A stretch of DNA of 32,000 bases from Candidatus Saccharimonadota bacterium (GCA_046350815.1 JAXLZO010000001.1:810001-842000); one strand, 5' to 3'. Positions 1-11,641 are shown, numbered from the stretch's first letter. The notes: generated by a model from the sequence alone, not told the origin. Program-made: numbers and translations.

Positions 1-166
1 CAATTTTTGCTGTTGCTTTCAGTCGTCCCCAACCTTCTTCCTGCCATTTCAAATTTTCTCTAATTTCCGTTGATATTTCAATCGGAAGTGAAACGAAGTG
101 CCAACCGCTTGGCGATGAATATTGCCAAGTCTTTGCTGAAAATTCATATTTTATTTTTCCATTCAT
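1..166 (-). CDS. DUF1905-like domain protein, N-terminal part only (gene continues beyond the left edge)
   Basis: Reverse-strand ATG at 166, open to the window edge. Translation MNGKIKYEFSAKTWQYSSPSGWHFVSLPIEISTEIRENLKWQEEGWGRLKATAKI shows the 'GWHFV.LP' pattern typical of DUF1905/YdeI N-terminal domains. Confidence 0.5.
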   Translation of the reverse strand, partial: MNGKIKYEFSAKTWQYSSPSGWHFVSLPIEISTEIRENLKWQEEGWGRLKATAKI

Positions 167-284
167 TTGTCTGTTTTCTGTGTCCGTTCTACAATGACCG
201 CTAACATGTAAATTCACGCAATGATTATCTTGTTTTTCCTTGCAGAGTCTATATTATTCGTCTAATATATTTCTATATGAAGTT

Positions 285-1130
285 ATGCGAATATATAAGA
301 CTCAAAAAGAATCTGTATGAGCTTTTTGAGATTGGCTCACTCTCAAAAGATATTCTCCAAAAACACACAAAACATATTTGAGTGTACTCAATATGTTTCT
401 GAAAGAAATATCTATAACAATATCAAAGATACAAAGAAATGATATTGAGGAGTATTTGCAACATAAAATCCAAAATGGACTCTCAGTATCGAGGCATAAG
501 CAATTAACCTGAGTATTGAAGTTATTTTTTTCTCGTTTTTTAGAAAGACAAGATATTATCTGGGATGAAATGTATCCAGAAAAATGAGAAACCAAGCTCC
601 CAAATATTCTCTCAAAGTCAGAAGTAAAAAAACTTCTCGATACACTCAATAACGTCAAGCATAAAACTATCCTTACGCTGATATATGCCACATGAATGAG
701 ACTCTCTGAATGTGTGAATCTTCAAATTGGTGATATTGATTCAAAAAGAATGACCATCAAGATCCGACAAGCCAAAGGAAAGAAAGATCGATATGTGCCA
801 CTTTCCCCAAAGCTTCTCGATCTTCTGAGAGTGTATTATCGGGAATATCATCCAAAACAATATGTATTTGAATGATGAGAATGATGAATCTACTCGGAAC
901 GAAGTGTGCAACAAATTATGAGGCAAGCATTGAACCGAGCATTGATTACCAAAAAAGCATCGGTGCACACACTCCGTCATAGCTATGCGACACACCTTCT
1001 GGAGGATGGGGTAGACGTACGCATTATCCAAGAATTTCTGGGGCATAGCCATATACGAACGACCCAAATATACACCCATATTAGCACTCCAATTCTCTCA
1101 AAGATAAAAAGCCCACTGGATGATTTATAG
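285..1130 (+). CDS. tyrosine recombinase / phage-type integrase (Xer-like)
   Basis: ATG 285, TAG 1128-1130, one frame with nine in-frame TGA. These include TGA 693-695 in the box-I 'ATGMRLSE' motif and four within 873-887 ('FEGGEGGIY'). The C-terminus [12 protein letters not shown]...[14 protein letters not shown] supplies the R..HxxR..H..Y catalytic set. The track's 906-1130 ORF is only the tail. Confidence 0.85.
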
Positions 1131-1229
1131 ATGTTGTATGATAATTGATTTTCTAAAAAATAAATTCAATATACGTCAAGTATTATTATTTTCTAGAAAT
1201 GTGAGAATATGGTAGAGTAGAGAAAAAAT

Positions 1230-2198
1230 ATGAATCCTCCCAAACTCGAACATTATGTAAATGATGTCTCCAAAGTCCTCTCTGAGTCAGTGCGCCATGA
1301 GGCAAATGAACGACTCAAGAATCATGACACACAAACAACCGTTCAATCAGTTGTCTATCTCTTTCCTCACCGTCAAGGTCGGGATCTTCTTGATATTGGC
1401 CTCGAGATATTCAATGAAAATGGTATCGGACAAAAAGATACCAACAATGGACTCCTCCTTATCGTTGCAACGGAAGAAAAGAAACTCCGAATAATCACAG
1501 GAAAAGGAATGGAATTCGAATGGAACACTGAGAAATGCAAATATATCGTGGAGCAAATTCTCCGCCCGCTTCTGAATGCTGGAAAATATGATGAGATGGC
1601 GAAAGCTTGGTGTGATTGTGTTGAAAAATGAGATAAATTAGTAATAAAAAAGACGAAAATTATTAAATATGCGAAGCAGCCGAAAACACAAAAACAGTGA
1701 GAAAATTATCTTATGTTAACACTAATAGCGTGCTTTATAGAGATAGTTGCATCTTTCCTTATATGACTATTTTTATATCATGGAATTGCTATATATATAG
1801 TTGCATTATTTCCGACTGTGTTGTGGGGTATTATTTTTCTTTGGTATTTTGTAAGTCAAAAAGAATTTACCCGATTAAAAGTGCTTTGAATACTATATGT
1901 ATTGTTATCAGCTCCATGGGTTTATTTTTTATGATCAGAATATCTTGATTTCTCGGCACATTGCGTTCAAGAGGAAAAATGCTTGAACACGGATGGGATA
2001 ATTAAAAAATGGTGAAAGTTACAGGCAATCCATCAGGCGGAGGTGGATCTTTTAATTGAAGAAGATAAAAGGCTACATCCAGAAAAATACCAGTCATCTT
2101 CTAATAGTTCTGATGACTCAGACTCTTCATGGTCTTCTTCAGATTCAGATTTTGGTTGAGGTGGTGGATCGTCCAATGGTGGTGGTTATGGAGATTAA
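1230..2198 (+). CDS. TPM-domain (YgcG/TLP18.3-like) membrane protein with Gly/Ser-rich C-terminal tail
   Basis: The track ORF 1230-1631 reads through TGA 1629-1631 and six more TGA to TAA 2196-2198. The N-terminus VNDVSKVLSE...NNGLLLIVATEEKKLRIITGKGME is the TPM fold signature. It is followed by hydrophobic TM segments and the tail SSSNSSDDSDSSWSSSDSDFGGGGGSSNGGGYGD, typical of this family. Confidence 0.8.
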
Positions 2199-2214
2199 TT
2201 CCTAATAGTAATGT

Positions 2215-2958
2215 ATGATTGATGTAAATACGTTTTTGCTGACTAATACACAAAAAAATATACAAAAAATGTATGACGAAATTCGTTTTGTTCCAACAAG
2301 TGCCATCGATGATCCTTGGGGTGGAATTGTTTTGTTTTTCTCAATAATGGGATGAATTACGTTGATGTTTCTATTATTCATGATGATGCCAGATCTTCTC
2401 ATGTTATGGATACTTCTTTGCGTACTGTTTCTTCCACTTTGCATATGAGCATTTAACACATCAAATTACAAGCAAAATCAACTTACCATGGCAATGCAAC
2501 TATATAGTAGTGAGAAGATAGATTTACTCAGAATGTATTCCTCGGTAGTATCTGATATGAATGTTGATTTCGTGGATCAAGAAATAAATCCAGAAAAGAT
2601 AATCGATATCGAGCAGGGAATTCGCAATCTTGGTAGCAGTATTGCAAGTATCTATATTTTATACAGAGATATGCTACGATCGAAGGTTAATCTGTATACT
2701 TTTTCTGATCAAACAATTCGCGCCAACTATCAAAATTTTCTCACCCAAGAGTGACTCTGGCTCACAGAATGCATTGCTTCATTTTCTCGCGATCTTGATA
2801 CCTGGATGACTCGTCATCATAGCGAGTTGGTACAGCTCAAAGATAGCGTGAATACACAAATGAAAAGTACGAATATGGTCGAATGAAAAGCAGCTCTTGG
2901 GCTGACTGAGGAGCGAATTTCGAAACTCTCTGAAGAAATTCCTATTTGTGTAAAATAA
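2215..2958 (+). CDS. hypothetical membrane protein, paralog A (TM region plus coiled-coil C-terminus)
   Basis: ATG 2215, TAA 2956-2958, same frame as track ORF 2488-2754, with four in-frame TGA. Hydrophobic stretch IVLFFSIMGGITLMFLLFMMMPDLLMLWILLCVLFLPLCIG. The C-terminal half is homologous to the next gene. Confidence 0.6.
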
Positions 2959-3941
2959 TGAATATGTTTGAAAATGAACAGCAATATACCATCAAAACAG
3001 CGGATGATATCAGAAAAATTCAGGAAGGATTTGTTCAAATGAATCCTGTGAGTAGTTCAGTTATGGTATCAGATAGCCAGAACGAAAGTATCGATCATTT
3101 TATTACGAATGAATATACAACAAAGATGCCATTGTGGTGAATTTATATGCTTTTTGGTATTTTAACGATGACTTCATTTAATGAAGGGATGCGATGAATA
3201 ATTATATGGTGTTTATTATTCATTGTTGTGTCACTGTTCTGAGTTTTCACTAAATGAGAAAGTAGTGAGATGAAAAAGATTCAAATAAATTGGTTGCGAC
3301 TCTATATTATATTTGGATATTTCTTGATGCCAATAAGTTTTTTGTATGAACCACTTTGGTTTTGATTCCCACTTTGGTTGATTATTTCTGCTGCATGCTT
3401 TTCAGTATGGGTAGTAGTAACATTTCGAGTTGAGAAAAATGTTAGATACTACATAGATACTTTCAAATTTGGCGTACAAGATTTACAGCAATTTCACTCA
3501 TCAGCCATTTTTGATATGTCGCTTGATTTTTATAGTCCTACGATTTATCCACAGCAAGTCATAAAAATACGAGATTCTATTGAGCGAGTAACTGCTCAAA
3601 TTCAACAGCTTTTGGAATTACAACATCGTATCAGTAATTATTATCAGAGATGGTTTGCAACATTTTGGTCTGTATTTTTCTCAAAAAAATTAAAAGAACA
3701 AATGCAATCTTTTTTCCGAAATGAAAGCAATCAATTGCTCATCTATGTGAATACATTCTCACAAGACCTGAATTTTTGGACAGAGAGACACAAGATGGAG
3801 CTAAGCCAATTGGAAGAAAATATAGACCAACAGAGAGAAGAAACAATTCTCCCAGAATGAAAACTTTCCCTGGAGTTGTCACAAGATCGAATTTCAAGAT
3901 TGACCCAAGAGGCTGATATGATCAGAGTCGCACAGAAATAG
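2958..3941 (+). CDS. hypothetical membrane protein, paralog B
   Basis: ATG 2958 overlaps the preceding TAA by 1 nt; TAG 3939-3941. It joins track ORFs 2946-3140 and 3378-3860 in one frame through TGA. Shared blocks with paralog A: FDMSLDFYSP/SDMNVDFVDQ, FSQDLNFWTERHKMELSQL/FSRDLDTWMTRHHSELVQL, EGKLSLELSQDRISRL/EGKAALGLTEERISKL. The G in the last block is a TGA in both copies. Confidence 0.6.
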
Positions 3942-4019
3942 CAATTAAAAAACATTGAAAACATACAAACATCATTGCATAAAAGCTATTTTTTCCTAGA
4001 ATGTTTGCAAAATTTTTCT

Positions 4020-5453
4020 ATGCATTCTCAATTTGAAATTGTGATGGGACTTGAGACACATGTTCGAGTCGCCTCACATACCAAGCTTTTTTGTTCTTGT
4101 GAAAATCAGCTCGAACTCGCTGATGAGCCAAATATTCGCGTTTGTCCGGTATGTATGGGTATGCCTGGTGCGTTGCCGGTGCTTTCGAAATGAGTTGTTG
4201 ATCTCTCTCTTAAGGCGAGTCATGCGCTCCGAATGGAGATTCATCAGGTTTCACGATTTGATAGAAAATCCTATTCTTATCCCGATCTTCCATCGGGTTA
4301 TCAGATTACTCAGCTCTATGAGCCAATCGCTACAAATGGTGAAGTTCGTACCATTATCGATGGTGAAGTGAAGACATTTCGTGTAAATCGTCTTCATATT
4401 GAAGCAGATGCTGGTAAACTCGTACATACTGGATGACTTACGCTTTGTGACTACAATCGTAGCGGGGCACCTCTTATGGAGATTGTTACTGAGCCTGATT
4501 TTCGCTCAAAAGCTGAAGTAATCGCCTATCTCGAAGAGCTTCAGAAGCTCATGCGTTGGTGTGGTGCATCCGATGCTGATATGGACAAGGGACAACTTCG
4601 CTGCGATGTGAATATCTCTATCCGACCACACGGTGATACGAATCTCTATAGTCGAGTGGAACTTAAAAATATCAATAGTTTCTCGGCTATTGGTCGAGCC
4701 ATTGACGTGGAATTTGCTCGTCAGATCAAGATTGTGTCGAATGGTGAAACGATCGATCAGGAGACTCGAGGCTGGGATGATGAGAAGTGAGTTTCACATT
4801 CCATGCGTTCCAAGGAAAATGCGATGGACTATCGATACTTTCCCGAACCAGATCTCCTTCCTCTCGTACTGGAACAATCTGAAATTGATAGCACCAAGAT
4901 TATTGAGTTGCCGGTTGATCGCCGAGTTAAATATCTTGGTTATGGACTCCTTTCGGATGATGCGAGAATTCTCTCGGATCGTAGAGAATTGTCAGATTTT
5001 TATGATAGTCTTGTCTCGATGACGAATGATCCAAAAAAATCCGCAAGTCTTATTACAACTGTACTTTTCGCTCTTATGAGCGAGCATCATGATAGTGGAG
5101 ACTTCTCGAATCTGAAATTTCAACCAAAAGATCTTGCAAGACTCTATGATCTCTTGAGAGATGACGCAATATCGTCTACGAATAGCAAGAAAGTTGTAGA
5201 AGTCCTCTATCTTGAAGGTGGTGATGTAGATAATATTATTGCAAAATATAGCCTTGGACAAACCAATGACAGTGATGCACTCCAGGCTATCGCTCAGTCA
5301 GTAATTGTTTCCCATCCGACTCAAGTCTCGGAGCTCAAAGCAGGCAATGTAAAACTTCTTGGTTTCTTGGTTGGTCAATGCATGAAAGCATCATCTTGAT
5401 CTGGTAATCCAAAGATTTTTAATGAAATTCTACAAAAAGAGCTTATGCTTTAA
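4020..5453 (+). CDS. gatB: aspartyl/glutamyl-tRNA(Asn/Gln) amidotransferase subunit B
   Basis: Track fragments 3975-4193, 4233-4436, 4476-4790 and 4803-5399 share one frame and join through TGA at 4191, 4434, 4788 and 5397. Product: [74 protein letters not shown] 4020 fits the family N-terminus better than TTG 3975. TAA 5451-5453. Confidence 0.95.
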
Positions 5454-5471
5454 TACGTGTTCCATTTTTCT

Positions 5472-6059
5472 ATGAAGACTCCAAATTACATACATCAAAT
5501 CGAACAACTCAAATCAGATGGTAAATATAGTGATGCTCATGACTATGCAATTGATGCGCTCAAAAAAAACACAGATGACTATAGGCTTTATGAGGAGCTT
5601 TCTGATATAGCTCTCTTTGAATGAAGGGTGAAGGATGCATACAACTATGTACAACTCGCTCAAAAAATTCATGCCGAATCCATGACAGGCAAATACCTTC
5701 TTGGATCTGTTTATGTTGCGCTTGGTGAGTTTGATAGTGCAATCAAACTACTCTCTGAAGCAAATACGCTCGTTCCCAATAATCCTGAGATACTTCGTCA
5801 TCTTGGTTGGGCATATGCATGTCAGGGTGAATACCCAAGATGAATATCTCACCTTCGAAGGGCTCATATTCTCTCGCCCGATGATATAGGTGTGAAAGAG
5901 GATCTCTGAATTTCACTCATGTCTTATGCTATACTCCTTCGATGATCATGATCAGTAGATAGTGAAATGGTCGAAGATATGCTTTCCGAAGGGGAAAAGC
6001 TCTTGATTTCAACCGGTGCACATCAGAAACTCGCTGAATTTCGAAATCTCCACCTATAA
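5472..6059 (+). CDS. TPR-repeat protein
   Basis: ATG 5472, TAA 6057-6059, five in-frame TGA, same frame as track ORF 5628-5843. Repeated 34-aa-like helical units: YLLGSVYVALGEFDSAIKLLSEANTLVPNNPEILRHLGWAYACQGEYPRGISHLRRA. Confidence 0.7.
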
Positions 6060-7300
6060 TGTTCTCCTCTCAATCTCTCCTTAAATCGCTGGATTTTTTC
6101 GTTTTCGATATTGCTTGAAGCGTTGTACATATCCTCTATTGTCGTAAAGATAAGGGGAATTTCTCCATAGCATGAAATGCACGTGTCCGTCTTCCAAAGC
6201 GGAGTATTGATAGGGGGGTGATTGCTGATATGCGAAGTATTATATTGACCCTCGAGCGTGGTATGCGACAGGCTACAAAATGAGTAGATGAAATGCCACA
6301 AGATGTTATTTTTGGGGTTCAGTCAATTGAACTCTTTGCAGATCATATTGGTATGACCTATGCTCGTGAGGATATTGATGCACCGATAAGCATGAGCGAG
6401 CTAGATGAGATGATGCTTCATATCGAACGAAGAGCACTTGAACGATCCGAAGGGAAAATCATCGAACGTTGGTGAACACTACCGACGAGCCTCAAGCTCT
6501 CAGCATCACTTCTCACTCATATCACGCTTGATGGAGCAAATCTTTCGAATCCTCTTGGTTTTAGTGGGCATCTTCTTCGGTTGAACCTTCTGAATGTATT
6601 TGCTGGGGCAAAACATCTCAATGCACTCTCAACGATCGCACGCCACCTCAATCTCCGAGTGATTTCACATTTACCCGCTCCATTAGCACTCTCAAAATGG
6701 GAGCAACTGCTTGATTATGAATCACATGAGGGGATTATGTTTTTAGATCTTGGATCATTTGCAACACAGGTGACTCTCATGCGAGATGCACAGATTATGG
6801 ATATAGCAACTCTTCCTTTCGGAACAAATGCTATTGAGCAAGCATTAAAAAAACAGTTTCCAAAACTTGATACACTCACGATTGAGCGATCTATGATTTG
6901 ATCAAGCTGTTTATGAGACCCCGATCAACACAAAGCATTCTTGCATCACATATGATCTTTTTGTGATATTCTTTCTCGTTCGGTTGAGGATATCATGCTG
7001 AAAAACTTTGGATGACTCTCTGACGTTCGTATTTTTTTGAGTGGAGTTTCTATTGATACTCTCTTTCCAACAACTCTCGTATCTCATCTTCAGGAGATTA
7101 CCCCTCAAAAAATCTTATTGGATTCCATAACAAAACTCTACCCACTTATTGGTGATGCTTTTGACTATGACCATGAAATAATTACGGAGTGATGCTATGC
7201 AACTGCTATTTGATTAGCTCTTGCTGGTTGCGATCTTGTAGATTTTCGTGAAGATCCAATCACTTCAACACTTAGAAAGGTAATCTACCAGTATGCTTAG
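6059..7300 (+). CDS. ftsA: actin-fold ATPase, FtsA-like (PilM-like not excluded)
   Basis: ATG 6059 overlaps the upstream TAA (TAATG); TAG 7298-7300. It joins track ORFs 6293-6475 and 6581-6901 in one frame. Phosphate-binding-like motifs FVFDIAGSVVHIL and IMFLDLGSFATQVTL, in an FtsA/PilM-type order. Confidence 0.6.
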
Positions 7301-8927
7301 ACAGTCGATTCACATCACGTATGAAACCCAGCTGTTGGAGCTCTATGATATATTATCACATGAGACGAACAAGGGAATAACACTCATTGTTGAATATCCG
7401 TGATTTTTTTCGCACCCCATCGTGTTGGAAGTGATGGTAAAAAAATTTAATAGTATTGATACGATTGCAACTGATGATCGAGCACTGCAGCATGTAGCAG
7501 TGCGTCTTGGGCTGAAATCTCTTCCTCTAGATAGTTCCGTTGTAGGAGATCTCCCACCAGCATCCGAAATACTCAAGCATAATTTTACAATTTTTGAGTA
7601 TTTTCTCTACGAATGTCGTCGTGGTGTGTGGCATGTTGGACGATTTTTTGCACGGAGCAAAAAACATCTCACGTATCGTCGACCCCTCAAGAGCTCTAAC
7701 ACTCTTCTTTTGATATTTTCTTTGAGCTTCTCTTTTTTGATTCTCATTTTTGTATTTTATTTTTCTGCAACCAGCACTACAGTAGAAATATTTCCAGAAA
7801 CAACAGTAAAAACATTGACAAGAAATCTTATTTTTACCACAACACCCAATCAATCTGCCTTCGCAAAGTCGAATGAAGTAGCTATGCTACCGTTGGATGT
7901 AATGGTTCATCTTGCAACTCCATTTGAAGTGAATTCTCTTGATCCGAATTCTGTGCGAAATGCAAAATGAATGGTAGAAGTGATAAATGAGCTCCCAACA
8001 CCTTCTCAGCTGCGCCCCGGAACGCGATTTACTTCTGAGGATGGCGTCCTTTTTAAAAGTCCTGGTTGGATTAAAATACCATGAATGGTTACAAGAAATG
8101 GCGAAGTGATCCCTGGAAAGATACAAATCCCACTTGTTGCTGAGAATGTCGATGAAAAGTGACGCATTATTGGTATACGATGAAACCTTAAGAGTGGTGC
8201 ATTTCTCTCGATACCGGGCCTGAAATTTAATAAAAGCAAAGTCTATGCTCAGGTTATAGGAGATTTTAGTGGTGGCGCTGATCCTACGAAAAAAGTACTC
8301 ACTCCAGAAACACTTGACCGTTTTAAAACTCTTTTTACAGAAAAACTTAAAAGTACAGCAAAGGACGAACTTGATAACACTCTTCGAAAGCATCCTGGTT
8401 ATAATTCATCAGAAGCCTGGAATATTATTCCTCTTTTCGATGTGTGGAAATATGAATTTTCTCCCATTGAGACCATTGATAATATCCTTCCAGGCGCAAG
8501 CGTCAGCAGTATTACTCTTTCAGGTAGTCTCCATCTTCGTACGTACGCCTACTCTTCTTCAAAAACAAAAGCGTATTTTGAGCAACTCTTCGATGCAAGT
8601 CTTCTTCCAGAGACTCAGACAATTGCATCACTCAATAACACGAATATATCTATTGAATCACTCACGCCATTGAGTCAAACAGGTGTTGAAAGTTTTAAAG
8701 CAACGATGAAGATGAATGGGAATATTGTGTATAATTTTTCAAACCCAACGAATCCACTTCTGCGTCAGATACGCAATCTGATTGTTGGTAGATCGAGAGA
8801 GGAGGCACTCTCAATTCTCAAGAATGATCCAAATGTTGCTGATGCGAAAATTAGTATATCACCCTTCTTTATGAATAAAGTTTCATCGAGACCAGATGCT
8901 ATTGATTTTGTGATTCGCACCAAATAA
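7293..8927 (+). CDS. large single-pass membrane protein, CPR-type 'baseplate-J-like' family suspected
   Basis: ATG 7293 overlaps the ftsA-like end by 8 nt; TAA 8925-8927. It joins track ORFs 7422-7970 and 8442-8927 through TGA. One TM segment (LLLIFSLSFSFLILIFVFYF). The extracytoplasmic block GMVEVINELPTPSQLRPGTRFTSEDGVLFKSPGWIKIPG resembles the 'G.V.I.N....Q.L...TRF...DG..F' block I recall from baseplate-J-annotated CPR proteins. That assignment is tentative. Confidence 0.55.
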
Positions 8928-8938
8928 TCCTCCCTATT

Positions 8939-9529
8939 ATGAATCATTCATCAAAGCATTTTGACGGTCAATATTCGAACGAGCAGATCTTATTAAAAAG
9001 ACATGAACATATAGTTGCTTTCCTACTTTCTCATATATCGTCATTTATTTCAGTACTCTGCCTTTCGCTTATAGCAATGTGGATAGTGCAATTTATCAGT
9101 GACTCTTGGGTGATGGCTTGGATCACTCTTTGTTGCATGATCATTCTATATGGTGCTTATAGCTTTCATCATTATCACTCAACGGTATTCTATATAACAT
9201 CACGTCGCATTATCTTTTTTACTACCAAAGGATTGTTTGGAAATCATCGTCGAGAAATTCGGCTTGAGAATGTGACGAGTATTCGAGCTATGAGACCTGG
9301 ATTACTCGCAAAAATATGTAAATTTGGCGATCTCTTTTTCAGCCAGGGCGGCGAAGAATTTCGCGTAAGCGGACTTCACCTTCATGATGAAATCCGATCT
9401 TATATTGGCCGAATTGTCGAGTATATCAAATCACATGGATATCCTGAACAATTTAGTATTTTTCGTTCCCGAAAAGAACGCCGACAAGACAAAAATATAG
9501 ATACCCAACAGAACGAAATGGATATATAG
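8939..9529 (+). CDS. bacterial PH-domain (bPH_2/YdbT-like) membrane protein
   Basis: Intact ORF with no TGA, ending in TAG. Two TM helices followed by YITSRRIIFFTTKGLFGNHRREIRLENVTSIRAMRPGLLAKICKFGDLFF, which is typical of bPH_2. Confidence 0.7.
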   Translation: MNHSSKHFDGQYSNEQILLKRHEHIVAFLLSHISSFISVLCLSLIAMWIVQFISDSWVMAWITLCCMIILYGAYSFHHYHSTVFYITSRRIIFFTTKGLFGNHRREIRLENVTSIRAMRPGLLAKICKFGDLFFSQGGEEFRVSGLHLHDEIRSYIGRIVEYIKSHGYPEQFSIFRSRKERRQDKNIDTQQNEMDI

Positions 9530-9540
9530 CGAAATTTTCT

Positions 9541-10551
9541 ATGCAAGATACTGAAATATTTCTCGCTCTTGAATCGTCTTGCGATGATACCTCGATTGCA
9601 GTTTTTCAATGAACAAAATTGATTGCTATGAGAACTCATACGCAACTCGTTGAACATCAGGAGACACGTTGAGTGGTTCCTGAATCAGCAGCTCGTTTGC
9701 ACGCGGACAATATTTTTCCGCTTCTTTATGAAGTCTTGCAAGATGCAAGAATAACACTTGATCAACTTAGTTATATTGCGTGTACATTTGAACCATGACT
9801 CATTCCATCTCTCTTGGTGACCAAAAGTGTAGCAAAGGTTCTCTCGTCTCGACTTGGTATTCCGCTTATTCCAGTACATCATATTGAGGGACATTTGTTT
9901 GCTCTTCTTTTAGGGAGATCTCTTGAGGAAATCAAATTTCCAGTGCTTGCTATGACGGTATCATGAGGTCATAATGAGATATATCTCTGGAAAAGCCTCT
10001 CTGATTTTGAGCGAGTAGCTTTTACTCGTGACGATAGTGCTGGTGAAGCATTTGATAAGGTTTCAAAAATGCTCGGACTCCCTTTTCCATGAGGTCCTCA
10101 TATTGCGTATCACGCTTCCCTCTACCGAGAAAAATGATGAGAGTTACTCATTCCTTCTTTCCCACTTCCAAAATTTCATCTTCATAATGGAATTGGTGAA
10201 TTTTCATTTTCATGACTCAAATCAGCTGTGAAACGTGAAATCGATCTACGAATCGCGAAAAATAGTGGCCTTACTATAGCTGATCGATGTGAAATTGCTT
10301 ATGCTTTTGAAGAGATTGTCACTCATTATCTTGCCTGATCTTTTTATGCTATAGCTCAATGTTATCCTGAAGTTACATCTCTCTGACTTTGCGGTGGGGT
10401 GAGTGCGAATGATAGACTCCGTGAAGTGATAGTAAAAGATGAAAGATATAAGCAGTACCACCCGCTCATTACACCTCTTGAAAAAAGATTTTCTCTCGAT
10501 AATGCCGCAATGATTGGCATGAGAGCATATTACGATCGAAAACGATCATAG
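9541..10551 (+). CDS. tsaD: tRNA N6-adenosine threonylcarbamoyltransferase TsaD (Kae1/Gcp)
   Basis: ATG 9541, TAG 10549-10551. Translation [88 protein letters not shown] sits on invariant glycines (9670-9672, 9964-9966, 10090-10092). The standard-code track shows no long ORF here. Confidence 0.95.
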
Positions 10552-10659
10552 TATTGATATACAAGAATTCTCAAATCTTCTTTGTCGAGAGTGATTGTTT
10601 TGTAAATCTGATGATTTTCGTTACTATAGATAGCTATTTTACTTTTCAAATAATACGCT

Positions 10660-11625
10660 ATGAAAGATCATAATAGTCATCATGTTGATGAAGATACTAT
10701 TGATACATCATCAACATCAGAATGTTCATCGTCGAACTGTTGTTCACAAGGTTCAGTCTCAAAATGTTCTCATATTTGAACAGAGGTGACGATACCAGTA
10801 ATGGCAACGATAGCTCTTGCAACACTTATTATGTCTTTTGCTATTCCCGCAATGACACAGTACTATATGCAAAAAAATGAGACTGATCGTCGAGCATATG
10901 ATATGCAAAAAGAATATGCTCAAGTGGGTGGTCAGGAGAATTATGAAGCAATCCTCAAATATCGAGCTGATGAAACATCCAAGCAAGTAGCGCTACTCAA
11001 GCAATCACAAACAGGTTCTCCACTTGCTGATGATACTGGAACAGTGGCACAAGCAAGCACAACTTTTTCAAAGGAAGATATTGCTGCAATGATAAAAGAT
11101 CAAGTGATCCATGGTCCTGCTAATGCAGATATTCTTATGATCGAATACACTGATCCAGAGTGTCCATATTGCCAAAGACAGTATCAATATGGTAGTATTG
11201 ATCAAGCACTTAAGATGGAATGAGTTGGGACTATAGCTCATATTATCAAGCCGGTAACTGGAGTAGGGCATCCAAATACCGTACAAAAGGGAATTGCTCT
11301 TATTTGTGCTGGAAAGGTAGGTGGATATGAATCTCTCGCAAAACTTGAGAAAACACTCTTTAATGATCAGAAAATATCACTCGATATGGCTCTGAAGAAT
11401 TCTTGAGTAGATATTGCAAAAATCCAAACTTGTATCAAGGGAAGTGCTGCTTCACTTCAGTTTAGTCAAAACGATGCTGAATTTGCAAAGGTAACTGCTA
11501 ATACGCAAGGTGCAGGCACTCCAACAACTCTCATTATCAATACAAAAACAGGAAAATCAGATTTTATACTCGGATCACTCCCAGCAGCAACATTTCAGGA
11601 GAAAATTAAAGCTCTTGCAAAATAA
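10660..11625 (+). CDS. DsbA-family thiol:disulfide oxidoreductase, membrane-anchored, with Cys-rich N-terminal tail
   Basis: ATG 10660, TAA 11623-11625, includes track ORF 10786-11223. Thioredoxin-fold active site EYTDPECPYCQRQ, TM segment IPVMATIALATLIMSFAIPA, and cis-Pro-loop-like GAGTPTTLII near the C-terminus. Confidence 0.8.
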
Positions 11626-11641
11626 GTTTTGCTTTAAAGAG

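Noticed and set aside
302-1079. Minus-strand ORFs 302-691 and 741-1079
   Set aside because: They are antisense shadows of the tyrosine recombinase, whose catalytic motifs are unambiguous on the plus strand.
3975-4019. TTG 3975 as the gatB start, as in the ORF track
   Set aside because: GatB homologs begin a few residues before the 'E.V.GLE.H' motif, and ATG 4020 ([14 protein letters not shown]) fits. The upstream 15 codons look like non-coding spacer.
7887-8393. 168-aa minus-strand ORF
   Set aside because: It lies antisense to the continuous 7293-8927 plus-strand gene and its composition is not protein-like. It is a shadow ORF.
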